Assembly: GCA_043228905.1 (NCBI GenBank)
Contig: JBHGNT010000020.1
Coordinates: 7,130,001-7,194,000 of the forward strand
From: Azolla caroliniana
Lineage: Eukaryota > Plantae > Polypodiophyta
DNA length: 64,000 bases
Reading direction: 5' to 3'
Of this stretch, positions 34,504-46,262 are shown in pieces. Under the pieces are notes generated by a model that made no database searches, was not told where the DNA came from, and was given only the letters and a program-made list of their open reading frames with translations. Position numbers and translations under genes: made by a program. How positions within the stretch are numbered: position 1 is the first letter of the stretch; each line of letters begins with the position of its first letter.

Positions 34504-37500
34504 TGACAGGAACTACACGCTCCCGATGAACAATGCTCGGCCACAACCGAGCCTAAGATCAAACACAGAAAATGGATAATGAATGCACGACACAAAGGAT
34601 AGAAGAATACACAGGATATTTAACGTGGAAAACCCTGAGAGGGAAAAACCACGGGAGTCCACAGACTCCAAACTATCACTATATCACAATGATTACAACA
34701 ATGAGCTCATGGAGGCAACGACCTCGTGCTCACGATCTTCGCCACAGGCGGTGGTTACAACAGAGGCAACAACCTCTTCCTCTCTCTCTCTCACTGCACA
34801 CTGTTGCGCGCTCTCTAGTCTAGCACCAACAAGAATGACAACAACCAACTTATATCAATAAGTTTGCCCTAAGTTATAGTTATACTAATATGACTTTTCG
34901 GCTATTTACAAATATAGCCCCGATGGACTCTCAGAAGACATATTTACGAATATGTCCCTTCATCCAGTGACCGCTCCTCACCGGGCCTGCATCATCCGGT
35001 TCTCACCCGGTCTTCCGTAGTCGAGTACTCTTCATCCGGTTCTCACCGGGTCTTCACCATCCGGCTCTTACCGGGTACTTCTCATCCGGTTCTCACCGGG
35101 TCTTCCGTAGTCGGGTACTTCTCATCCAGTTTCGGCCTCGACCAAGTTTGCTTATTACTACTGTTCTTCTCACTTCCCATCCGGAGGGACCTGTTCCCTA
35201 ACAAACTCCCCCTTCACTCTGGCATGGGATGTCTTACTAGTCCGATCTGCTCTCGGCATGCATCCAGCTTGTAGGGTATCAGTACTTTGGTCAGCATATC
35301 TGACCTGTTCTCAGCCGTGTGGATCTTCGTCAGCGCGAACTCCTGGTCATCTACTCTTTCCCGGATCCAGCGATACCTTCGCTGGATATGCTTCGTCCGT
35401 GAATGGTAGGCCGCATTCTTAGCAAGGTGGATGGCACTTTGACTGTCGCAATAGAGCCGGTATTCATCTTGCCGGATACCGAGCTCTCCGATGAAGTCCT
35501 TCATCCATAATATTTCCTTGTTGGCTTCTACAGCCGCCATGTACTCCGCTTCCGTGCTTGACATTGCAACCGTCTTCTGCAGCCTCGACTGTCACGAAAC
35601 AGGTCCCCCTGCATATGTCATTACATTCCCGGATGTAGACCGGCTGGTAACCACATCAGCCGACATGTCCGAATCGGTAAAACCGTCAAGTTTAGGTTTT
35701 CCGGAGACGAATCGAAGACACATATTTGAAGTGCCCTTCAAGTACCGGAGTATCCATTTGACCGCGTTCCAGTGTTCCTTAGCGGGATTGCTCATAAACC
35801 GGCTCCCCACTCCGACTGCGTATCCTATATCTGGTCGGGTACACACCATTGCCTACATTAAGCTCCCGACGGCTGAGGCATATGGAACCTTCATCATAAC
35901 AGCCTTCTCAGCTTTCTTCTTCGGGCTTTGCTTACCAGATAATCTGTAGTTTGCTGGGAGTGTTGATCCGACCGCTTTCGCTTCTAACATGTTGAACCGC
36001 TGAAGCACCTTTGTCACGTATTTCTCCTGTGATAGCCACAGTTGCTTCGTTGGCCGGTTTCGGATGATATGCATCCCCAACATCTATCTTGCCGGACCCA
36101 AGTCTTTCATTGAGAAGGTCCGGTTGAGAGCCTTCTTCAGCATCTGTATTTTGGCTTGGTCTCGTCCGACGATCAACATGTCGTCCACGTACAGAAGGAG
36201 TATCAGGAAGTCGACTCCTTCGAACTTCCTCACAAACACACAGTGATCGGCCTGCGTCTTGTGGTACCCTTGATTGGTCATGAAGGAGTCGAACTTCTGG
36301 TACCATTGTCAGGGAGCCTCCTTCAGTCCGTACATGCTCTTCTTCAACCGACAAACCAGTTGCTCCTTCCCTTTCTCCACGAATCCTTCTGGTTGCTGCA
36401 TGTAGATATCCTCTTCGATGTCACCGTGAAGGAATGTCGTCTTCATGTCCAGCTGCTCTACCTCGAGGTCCATGCTTGCTGCTATACTTAGCACCGTCCG
36501 GATGGAGGTCATCTTTACTACCGGGGCAAATATCTCGTCGAAGTCCACGCCCTTCTTTAGGTGGAACCCCTTCACCACGATCCTAGCTTTGTATCTCATG
36601 GGGTTGCCGCAATGGTGTGTACCCGACCACTCCGACTGTGTAGCCTATATCTGGTCGGGTACACACCATTGCATACATCAAGCTCCCGACGACAGAGGCA
36701 TATGGAACCTTCATCATATCAGCCTTCTCTACTGTCGTCTTCAGGCTTTGCTTACCGGATAACCTGCAGTTTGCCGGAAGTGTCGATCCGACCAGTTTCG
36801 CATTTGACATGTTGAACCGCTGAAGCACCTTTGTCACGTATTTCTCCTGTGCCAGCCACAATTGCTTTGTTCGCCAGTTCTGGATGACATGCATCCCAAC
36901 ATCTGTCTTGCCGAACCCAAGTCTTTCATTGAGAAGGTCCGGTTGAGAGCCTTCTTCAGCATCCGTATTTTGGCTTGGTCTCGTCCGACGATCAACATGT
37001 CATCCACGTACAAAAGGAGTATCAGGAAGTCGCCTCCTTTGAACTTCTTCACAAACATGCAGTGATCGGCCTGCGTCTTGTGGGACCCTTGATCTGTCAT
37101 GAAGGAGTCGAACTGCCGGTACCATTGTCTGGGTGCCTGCATCAGTCCGTACAGGCTCTTCTTCAACCGACATACCAGGTGCTCCTTCCCTTTCTCCACG
37201 AATCCTTCTGGTTGCTGCATCTAGATCTCCTTTTCGAGGTCGCTGTGAAGGAATGTCGACTTCATATCCAGCTGCTCTACCTCGAGATCCATGCTTGCCG
37301 CTATACTTAGCACTATCCGGATGGAGGTCATCTTTACTACCGGGGCAAATATCTTGTCGAAGTCCACGCCCTTCTTCTGGTGGAACCCCTTCACCACGAT
37401 CCTGGCTTTGTATCTCGGGGGGTTGCCGGCATCTCCCGGTTTCAACTTGTACACACACTTATTTCGGAGTGCCCGCTTTCCTTTCGGCAACTCCACCAAT

Positions 37501-40500
37501 TCGTACGTATGGTTCTCATCCATGGAATCCATCTCATCCTGCATGGCACTTAACCATTTGCGGTAGTGGGTGTCATCCTTCGCCTCTACGAAGCTTTCTG
37601 GCTCCCCCTCATCGGTTAGCAGCACATGCTCTGCATCCGGAAATCTCCGGGGGGGCCTTCTCTCTCTGAGAGGATATCTCCGTCTTTGGGCTTCGATAAC
37701 CAGCCCCTCCATTTGCTCTTCATCCGAATCCGATTCGGGGTCTTGGCCGGTTCCGGTTTCAGCTTTCTCTAATTTTTCTTCTGCCGGTTCGGTATCCTCA
37801 CCGTAACCGGCTGGTTCCTCGAGTGCTAACCGGTCTCCTGCCGGTTGGGTCTGCTCATCGTAGACTCGATCCTTACCGGTCGACTCAGAGTTCATTATCT
37901 TCTTCTCTGACTCCTAGTCGGCGAGTGTCTTGTCCTCCATGAAGATAATATCTCCACTCTAGAATACCTTCTTGTCGATCAGGTCCCACACTCGGTAGCT
38001 GAACTCATCGTCACCGTAACCGAGGAGTATTCATGGCCGGGTCTTTGGATCTAACTTTCCTCTACGGTACATAGCTACATGCACGTACGCGAGACAGCCG
38101 AATACCTTCAGATGCCGGTAGGAGTGTCCTACCGGTCTAGACTCTCTGTGGCGTGTCTACATCCAAGGGTACTGAGGGTGATCTATTTATCAGATACGTC
38201 GCTGTCGACAGTGCCTCAGCCCAAAACGCCTTGGGTAGTTTTGCATGCGCCAGCATACTCCGGACCCTCTCCATTATGGTCTGGTTCATCCTCTCGGCCA
38301 ACCCGTTTAGTTCTGGCGTCTTCGGCACGGTGAATTTGAGCCGGATTCCCTTCGTGCGATAATAATCCTCGAACTACCCCCGATATTCACCTCCGTTATC
38401 TGCTCGAACCGCCTTCAGCTTCCGGCCGGTTTCTCTTTCCACTCTTGCGTGGAGCTCTTTGAAGACGGGTAGCACCTGATCCTTCGTCTTCAATGGTGTG
38501 GCCCACAACTTCCGGTTGTGATCATCTATGAACGTCACGAAGTACTGCGATCCTGCATGTGACTTCGTGTCCACTTGACACACATCAGTATGAACCAACT
38601 CCAGTGGTGCATTACGTCTCATAAGTGGCCTCGATCGGAAGGAGGTCCGGTTTTGCTTATCGACCAGACAATCAGTGCACTTCTCGAAGTGCACATTCTT
38701 CACTGGAATGAGGTTGTCGTCTGCAAGCCTCTTCATCCCCTTCTCGCTCATATGACATAGCCTCTTGTGCCACAGCTCATCGGCAAAGTCGGATGCCACG
38801 TTCACTTCTTCCGGGCATAACCGGGCATTCATCAGGTACAATGTGTTTACCTTATGGGCCCGAGCCACAATCAGGCTCCCTTTGCTTAACTTCATAACAC
38901 CATTCCGGATGCTACCCGTGCAGCCTTCATCATCTAGCCGACCGGCTGATATCAGGTTCAGACGAACCTTCGGAACGTGTCGGACATCCTACAGCAGCAG
39001 CTTGCATCCGGTTGGTGTTTTCAGCCACATGTCTCCTATGTCGACAATTCGGCATGTACCTTCATTCCCCATCTCGGACACAACCGTGATCACCGGCTGC
39101 GTAGGATGAGAAGCAATTCCGGTCCGGGGTAAGGTGGAACGACGCTCCGGAATCGACCACCTAGGTTATCTCATCGCCGGCAAGGTTTATCTCACTCTCC
39201 ACGGTGAAGAGCATCAACTCTTCTTCACTTGCCGCGATTGCCATCGTTCCCTTCTGGTCCGGCCCCCTCCGATCTTTACCATTTTGGTCCGGTGTCCGCT
39301 TCGAATCGGTACTGTCGGTTTCCTTGTCTTTCCGGAAATACCGACAATTCTTTTGGAAGTGTCCCGGCTTGCCGCAATAGAAGCAAGTCGGCTTCCCCCT
39401 TGACTTTGACCGTGTCCCCGACCTCTCCCGATTCTGGGGACTACGGTTCCTTTGTCTTCCGCGTTTCGATTCGGTAAGGAGCGCTTTGGAGTCGGAGCTC
39501 GTATGCTTATCCTTCCAACACGCCTCCTCATCTAGCAAGCTCGACTTCACTCTTGCTAGGGATAACCGTTTCCCTTCCGGCCCGGCGTTGCCCAAAGTGA
39601 CAACCAACGTCTCCCAGCTATCTGGGAGGGAACCGAGCAGGAGTAGCGCTAGTACCTCATCGGTGAGAGGTACTTCCAATGATGTTGCCTGGTGGATCAG
39701 CCCCTGGATGGCATTCATGCTGTCCACCATGCTGGAGCCATCTTGGTACCGGAGTCTTACTAGCTTCCGGAACATCGAAACCTGGTTAATAACATTTTTG
39801 TTCTGAAACATAATGCCGATCTTCTCCTAGAGCTTATGAGCCTTGCTCTCTTCATTGAAGTTGTTGTATAGGCTCATGTCGATGAAGCACCGTATGTACA
39901 CCGTTGTCTTCATGTGCATCACCTCCCATATCGCGGCGTCGATCTTGTCCGGTCTCTTGTCCCCGAAGTGAACTGGCAACCAAAGATCTTTAACCACGAG
40001 CACGTCCCTCATCTTCGACTTCCACACCGAATAGTTGGAGCTGGTGAGCTTGAACATGCCTCCCAACGATTCGTCCATTTTCTGTGTTGTTTCGCTCTGA
40101 TACCACTTTGATAGGAACTACACGCTCCTGATGAACAATGCTCGGCGACAACCGAGTCTAAGATCAAACACAGAAAACGGATAATGAACGCATGACACAA
40201 AGGAGAGAAGACTACACAGGATGTTTAACGTGGAAAACCCTGAGAGGGAAAAACCATGGGAGTCCACAGACTGCAAACTATCACTATATCACAATGATTA
40301 CAACAGTGAGCTCACGGAGGCAATGACCTCGTGTTCACGATCTTCGCCACAGGCGGTGGTTACAACAGAGGCAACGACCTCTTTCTCTCTCTCTCGCAGT
40401 GTATACTATTGCGCGCTCTCTAGTCTACCACCAACAAGAATGACAACAACCAACGTATATCAATAAGTTTGCCCTAAGTCATATTTATACTAATATGACT

Positions 40501-40833
40501 TTTCAGCTATTTACAAATATAGCCCCGATGGACTCTCAGAAGACATATTTACGAATATGTCCCTTCATCCGGTGAGCACTCCTCACCGGGCTTGCATCAT
40601 CCGGATCTTGCTGGGTACTCGTCATCCGGTTCTCATCGGGTCTTCCGTAGTCGAGTACTCTTCATCCAGTTCTTACCGGGTCTTCACCATCCGGCTCTTA
40701 CCGGGTACTTCTCATCCGGTTCTCACCGGGTCTTCCGTAGCCGGATACTTCTCATCCGGTTTTGGCTTCGACCGAGTTTGCTCATCAGTATTGTTCTTCT
40801 CACTTCCCATCCGGAGGGACCTGTTTCCTAACA
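34504..40833 (-). mobile_element. Ty1/copia element (same family as 15348-22463) with a duplicated RT region
   Basis: TSD ATACT at 34499-34503 and 40834-40838; LTRs at 34504-35203 and 40109-40833; PBS at 40094-40105; PPT at about 35204-35215. Confidence 0.93.
35214..40078 (-). pseudogene. pol: Copia gag-pol with many stops and two RT copies
   Basis: The RYKARIVVKG...YVDD...MVCTRPDIGY segment occurs twice (about 37430-36630 and about 36605-35810). Confidence 0.9.
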
Positions 40834-40944
40834 ATACTTTCGTATGGCTTGTTGTGTCCTGATAGCATCATCCCTATCCTAATGATCCATGGGGGGTATT
40901 GGTAAACACCCTCCTTCCCCTTCCATTTGGCTGGACATATTCAT
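40834..40944 (-). pseudogene. Element A transposase start
   Basis: ATG at 40944; MNMSSQMEG...AIRKY stays in frame with WAEEKQ across TSD ATACT (one internal TAG). Confidence 0.65.
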
Positions 40945-41083
40945 TAGTAAATTTCCACAAAAAAAAGGCACGTAGTTAGTTACCAAACCACATGCAAACT
41001 GGTTATTCACAGGAGCGATCCCACCATTGGTAATTAGCTATGTCAAGGACATAGCTAATTGTTTCCACTCGCATGCTTTCACC

Positions 41084-41670
41084 CTTGTATAAGCATAGAA
41101 TGGTGTAACCCTTGTAGAAGAGTGGATAGAATCATTATATGCAAATTCGGCAAACTGTAATATATCTGCCCAATTATCTTGTTGATAGCTTAGGAAACAC
41201 TAAAGATACTGCTCCAGTATTTGATTTGTATGTTCTGCTTGTCCATTTGTTTGGGGATGGTAGCCGGAGGAGAGGTTGCATGTGACCTTGAGCATAATGA
41301 AGAGATGCTTCCAAAATTTAGATATGAATTGAGGTCCACGATCACTTATGGTGTTGTTGGGAAGACCGTGGTGCCGAAATACTTCACGCATAACGATACC
41401 TACGGTGTCTTCACTAGTGATATCTTTAGTACAGGGAAAGAAATGCACCATCTTAGTATATCGATCAACCACTATTAAGATGGCGTTGAAGCCCTTAGAA
41501 TCTGGAAGATCTATGATAAAATCCAAAGAAATGGATTTCCATGGCTTTCTTGGGATTGGTAATGGCTCCAATAAACCATATGGATGATGTCGGTGCATCT
41601 TTGCTCTGCATCATGTATCACATGTCCGAACATAGTGTTTGACAAATCTTCACACATGGGGCCACCAAAA
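41084..41670 (-). pseudogene. Ty3/gypsy integrase fragment, host of element A
   Basis: PYGLLEPLPIP..PWKSISLDFI..LIVVDRYTK..ISDRGPQF..YHPQTNGQAE; cut by the element A terminus on one side and an LTR on the other. Confidence 0.88.
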
Positions 41671-42228
41671 TGATTGGTCGTTAGTCGGTCAGCTACAAGG
41701 TCGGGAAATCAGAATTGGACAAGTGTGAAAGGGTTGGAGTCGACGATGTTCAAAAGTATACAAGAGTTGGAGACAGATTGACGGAGCGGATTGATGAGTC
41801 AACAGTATTCATTTTGCCAAGTAGTAAAAATATATATTAGAATTAGTTAGACAAGTTTGTAATAGTTCTTGCCGAATATAGGCAGATGTAATCTTGGAAA
41901 AAGACACTCGGTTTTACCTATAATAGAGGGTCCGAAAGTATTGTAAATCTATCATTCTATTTTGGAAATTAATTAGTTAGTGGTTAGAGTATCTTTGTGT
42001 CGACAGGTATCTTTGTTCAGTGTTATTCTAAGTGTCGATTTCTGAATTGCTTTACTCATTAAGTAATTATATAAAGATCTAATAGTCGATCATAGTTACT
42101 TAGAGAACCAGTCTTATTTATGGATTAGTACGTCTATCCATCCTTCGACCACAATCATCTTGATAGAACGTTCGACCTATTGTGTCGGCTATGTACAGTA
42201 ATCGACTGTCGGCCAAACAACACAATAA
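41671..42228 (+). repeat. Probable 5' LTR of a decayed Ty3/gypsy element
   Basis: Begins TGATTG at the point where the integrase breaks and ends CAATAA (degenerate CAATCA). Followed by a TGGCAC PBS-like sequence and gag. Confidence 0.55.
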
Positions 42229-42429
42229 TTTTGGCACACACGGTTACATCTGCAATAGGCAAAGAACAAGGTGGAATGAATGTCGTCTAGTCTGAAAATA
42301 CCTATAACCCGGAAACGTCCTTGCACATGAGCATAGACTCAACGTGTAGTAGAAGGTAGTGCTGAAAATTTCGAACAAGCTGATAGGGAGTGGAGTAGAA
42401 TCCTGGATTTAACAAATAATCGTTTAGAT

Positions 42430-43000
42430 GAGGAGTAGTTTGAGCAAGGCGTTGATGTGGAAGCGCATATAAGAGATTTTCTGACCTCATGGGAAGTGAA
42501 CCATGTGGCACAACGACTGTTGGCAGTAGTCGAGGAAAAATAAAAAATCACTGAGTTCATCCTATCATTGGACACTCTGTCGGCAAATTGGTATGCCCAC
42601 AATGGGCCAAAAGCGTTCGACTCGTTCAAACAATTAGCTGCGAAATTCACACAATTGTTTCATCGCAAGATTCCCTAGAAGGATCTAATAGGTCAACTGT
42701 ATGCGGCCTATCAAGAGTCACATGAAACGGTAACACAATTTGTGATCCAATTTCAAAATTTACGACTCCAGATTTTGCGCCCAATTCCAAAAGAGGAATT
42801 GAAGGATATTTTTCTAGAAGTTATATGTGAAACTCTTCAAACAACTTTAGTAGTGTTCGATTTCTGGAATTAATCATTGGAACAAGTGGTCGATAAAGCT
42901 CTAGAAATGGATCAAATGCACAATCATAACAGTATGAACATGTTCGCGTTACACCACAACTTACCTACATTAGAAGATCTCAGATTCAAGCGAATGCTAC
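42430..43000 (+). pseudogene. gag: Gypsy gag fragment
   Basis: DVEAHIRDF...LSLDTLSANWY...SFKQLAAKFTQLF...YQESHETVTQFVIQFQNL. Confidence 0.7.
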
Positions 43001-43584
43001 GCCAGTTGACGGTTAGACAATCAGCCAAACTGCGATTGAGGATGAATAGACATGGAGTATCTTGGCAGCTTGCCAAGTGTCACTACCTTTGGCTGGATTG
43101 TTAAAATTATTGCCCAGGTTCACAGAAAAGGTCTTCATGATCATTGCGCGGTGTCATGAAGTTGTTCGGCAATGGTGTGAAATTTGCGAGGAACATACAA
43201 AATCGAGTGTGGTTCTTCACACATGATATGAAACAATAATAGTAAAGATACTATTTTAGATTAGTTTAATATCTTGGTATGAAAAGATGGATGTCTTCAA
43301 GAGCTTCTGAATGTACTTTACTACAATTGAAACGGACAACTAAATGTCAAGTTATGTGAATGTGAAGTTTGAGAAGAATTAGAGAAAAATAAAACTATGA
43401 GATATCCCACATAGATAGGACAAATCAGGATTACATAGTACATAAGCAGAGCTAGAATTTATTATTTTCTGTCTATGTGTGGAGCACAGAACGTTCTTGG
43501 CCTAAACTGTGGCTAAACTACTCATAATGGTTTTGGAGGAACTGGACGGACGACGACGAAGCTGGAACCGAAACCGAAATTGGA

Positions 43585-43770
43585 CGGGGACGGCGATCGA
43601 ACCGAGACCGGACCAAATAGACCAGATCACCGAGTTGGATGTGGACCGGATAGACGGATAGACCAGATCACCAGGTCGGATGCAAACTGGATAGACGGAT
43701 AGACCGGATCACCAGGTCGGATGTGGACCGGATGGACTGGATAGACGAATCGGTCGGATAGGTTGATCGC
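43585..43770. repeat. gaccggatagacggatagacc-type tandem repeat inside the LTR
   Basis: Directly visible. Confidence 0.75.
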
Positions 43771-44149
43771 GACGATTTCGGTGTGAAACGAACAAAATAA
43801 TCTAGACTAAAAAACCTAGTAAATATGTATGCAAAGAGATGTAAGAAAGGCTTGAACCCTACACCTCCAAGATAGGAGGTAATAAACTTACCACCATTCT
43901 TGCGATGGCGAGGAGCAGGAGCAGAGAATGGCGTGAAGAGGAAACAGCGAGTAGGAACAAGAGCATGGTGAGGAGCGCCCGCGTTGGATAACTGTGTGTC
44001 ATTGTCCAAGATCTCGTGCAGCGGCTATCGCAGGAGGGAGTCTCGGCCGCTCGTCAGTGGTTGTCGACTGCATAGAGGGCATCGAATGAGTTTCCCTACC
44101 CCTACAGTGTCAGGGAATCACTTTGAGGAGACATTGTGAGGCAGGGAAG

Positions 44150-46185
44150 ATGCGGAAAGTGAATGACGGTGTTCCTACAAAAGGAAAGGCTTCCTCCCAT
44201 CATCCTCGTTGGCCTTCGCTTCCCTTGCAGCAACAAACCTCTCGTCGGATCGCACGCTTGAGATCAGGACAACTAGGGAAGGCACTGGACAGGTTTGCAA
44301 CATTGGAGGCTAGAACATTAGGAAGGCGCCACATGCTCATGCCACATTCCCTCATCAACGAGTGTAACGACAATCTTTTGGAGATCGATATGCTCAACCT
44401 CCCTCCAACGGACATAGTTGGAACAGGTATGGATTCGTACCCCCCAACTGAAATACTAGGTATAGGTATGCATCTAGACCCGCAGAATGAGGAGCAGATA
44501 GGCGAGGGGCTGACCATGGCACATTCCGAAATGAACACCAAGGAAGGCTTGGGCAATGTCTTGATAGTAAAGGAGAATAATGACATTGGGCAGGTTCAAG
44601 AGAAGTAGGTGGAGGAGGGCATTGATGAAAGAAAAGGGATTGACCTCTATCTCTCTCCAGCAGAGAATCGAAGATTGATGGAAGAAGTGGGCCGTTTAAG
44701 TGTTCATCGTTCATATGTCGATTGTTAGGAGGACGACCAAGTAAAGGGATGTTAAGGGACATGTTGCAGGCAACTCTTTTGGATAAAATGCCGCCTATCC
44801 AAAATATTTTGAGAATGGGCCTCAACTCTTACCATGGGATCTTAGAAGAAGGCCATAATGTGCAAGGGATTCTGGACCACAAATGGATTACACTCAAGTA
44901 TGGCAAAGCCATGATTTTGGAATGGAGTCCAGACTTCAATGCAAAGGAAGAGAATAAAAAAGCGGGCACACCGATGGTCATTTTAGTATGCTTCCCAAAC
45001 GTACCCTTCCAACTGCACCATTTGATCCCAAAGCTCGCACACAATATAGGGGTGGTATGTACAACGAAACCTTCATTTGCAAATAAGGTAGCAGAAATGC
45101 CCAAGATGAAGGTGTTGGTTAGTGACATTAAAAAGCTACCATCAGAGATTAGAGTCCACACAGAGGACTTTGGCCTAAGGGTGGTGAAGGTTGGTTATGA
45201 AGGCTTGCTAGGTCAATGCTTTGCATGTAAGGAGATGGGCCATATGGCCAAACACTACCCCCGGTATGGGAATGCAAGAGCGGATAGGGGACAGCAAGAC
45301 AACAAGTTGTCGGATATCCCAAACTCAGGGACGGCAAGCCACATGGTCCTGGTTCACAATGGGAAGGAAGTAGTAAAGGAAAAAGGATGGATATCACTGA
45401 GGAAAGTGGCCAAGCCTGGCCTCCATGGTCTTACCGGCCCACCTACAAGTGGAGGTTCCATTTCGAATAGATTTGACATCCTATCACAAATGGAACCCCA
45501 GGAAGGCGAAATAATTTTAGCAACTCCATTTGATTTACTGCCACGAGTCGAGACCCACGAAACACTCGTAGAGACCTCTGAGGGCCGTGGCAGTAGATCT
45601 TCATCAGACCTAAGAATGGTTAAGGCCTGGATCAGGAAAGGGAAGGACAAGGAAAGTGAAGTGGACATCAGGAATACTGAATCGCAAAAAATGATCGCAC
45701 GGATTGAGGTTGGAAATCCCTCGTCTGTGGGTGTTGAGTTTGTTATGTTGCAAGCATTGAGGATGCAAGATACGCAGGTACCCAAGATCGTGGTGAACAT
45801 TGGTAATCGAAGAGGAAGAGTGCACGGGTGGACTAGAGCACACATGGTCCTCTTCAACAGCAACTCAGGTAGACCGGAGACTAGTTGTTCTTTTGACTTG
45901 GAGCCTGATTTGAAAGATGAAAGGGGAGAAGACTCGTCCTTGAAGTCGTTTTGTAACAAGGCAGCATTATGTCTCCAATACCTTACATTTGAAAATGAGG
46001 TTGTGGGGCTACAAACATTATGGAAGAGCTCCCTGATACAAGCGGAGCTTATGGAACTTGCTCAAGATGTTCCAGTGGTTTGCATATGGAAGGTACAGGA
46101 TCTAGGGCTGAAGCCTGGTCTATTCCACTTCCATTGTGCTGAAGTACCCAAGAATCAAGAATGGAAAATAAGTATGGACTGGTAA
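44150..46185 (+). pseudogene. LINE ORF1 (zinc knuckle)
   Basis: ILEWSPDF...VGYEGLLGQCFACKEMGHMAKHY, SNRFDILS; stops in the 5' part. Confidence 0.75.
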
Positions 46186-46262
46186 TTTATATGGCGTATG
46201 GTAGAGACATATTTGTCAAGCATGGGAGACTCCCCCTTGGCTTTTTTTGTGGACCCAATTCA

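Larger units (their letters stand above)
1622..41083 (-). mobile_element. DNA transposon A (Sola-like DDD transposase); left end lies upstream of the window; hosts the hAT derivative, element B and copia insertions
   Basis: Right terminus read on minus is GGTGAAAGCATGC (ending 41083), 11/13 identical to the element B terminus GGTCGAAGCATGC. It interrupts a gypsy integrase after TPFYAYT. Transposase exons can be joined across all insertions, and TAGCTA repeats occur at 1622-1800, 32390-33810 and 41032-41060. Confidence 0.75.

Noticed and set aside
16128-40200. Many antisense and alternate-frame ORFs over copia pol
   Set aside because: Shadow ORFs of GC-rich coding sequence; they recur only because the elements are homologous.
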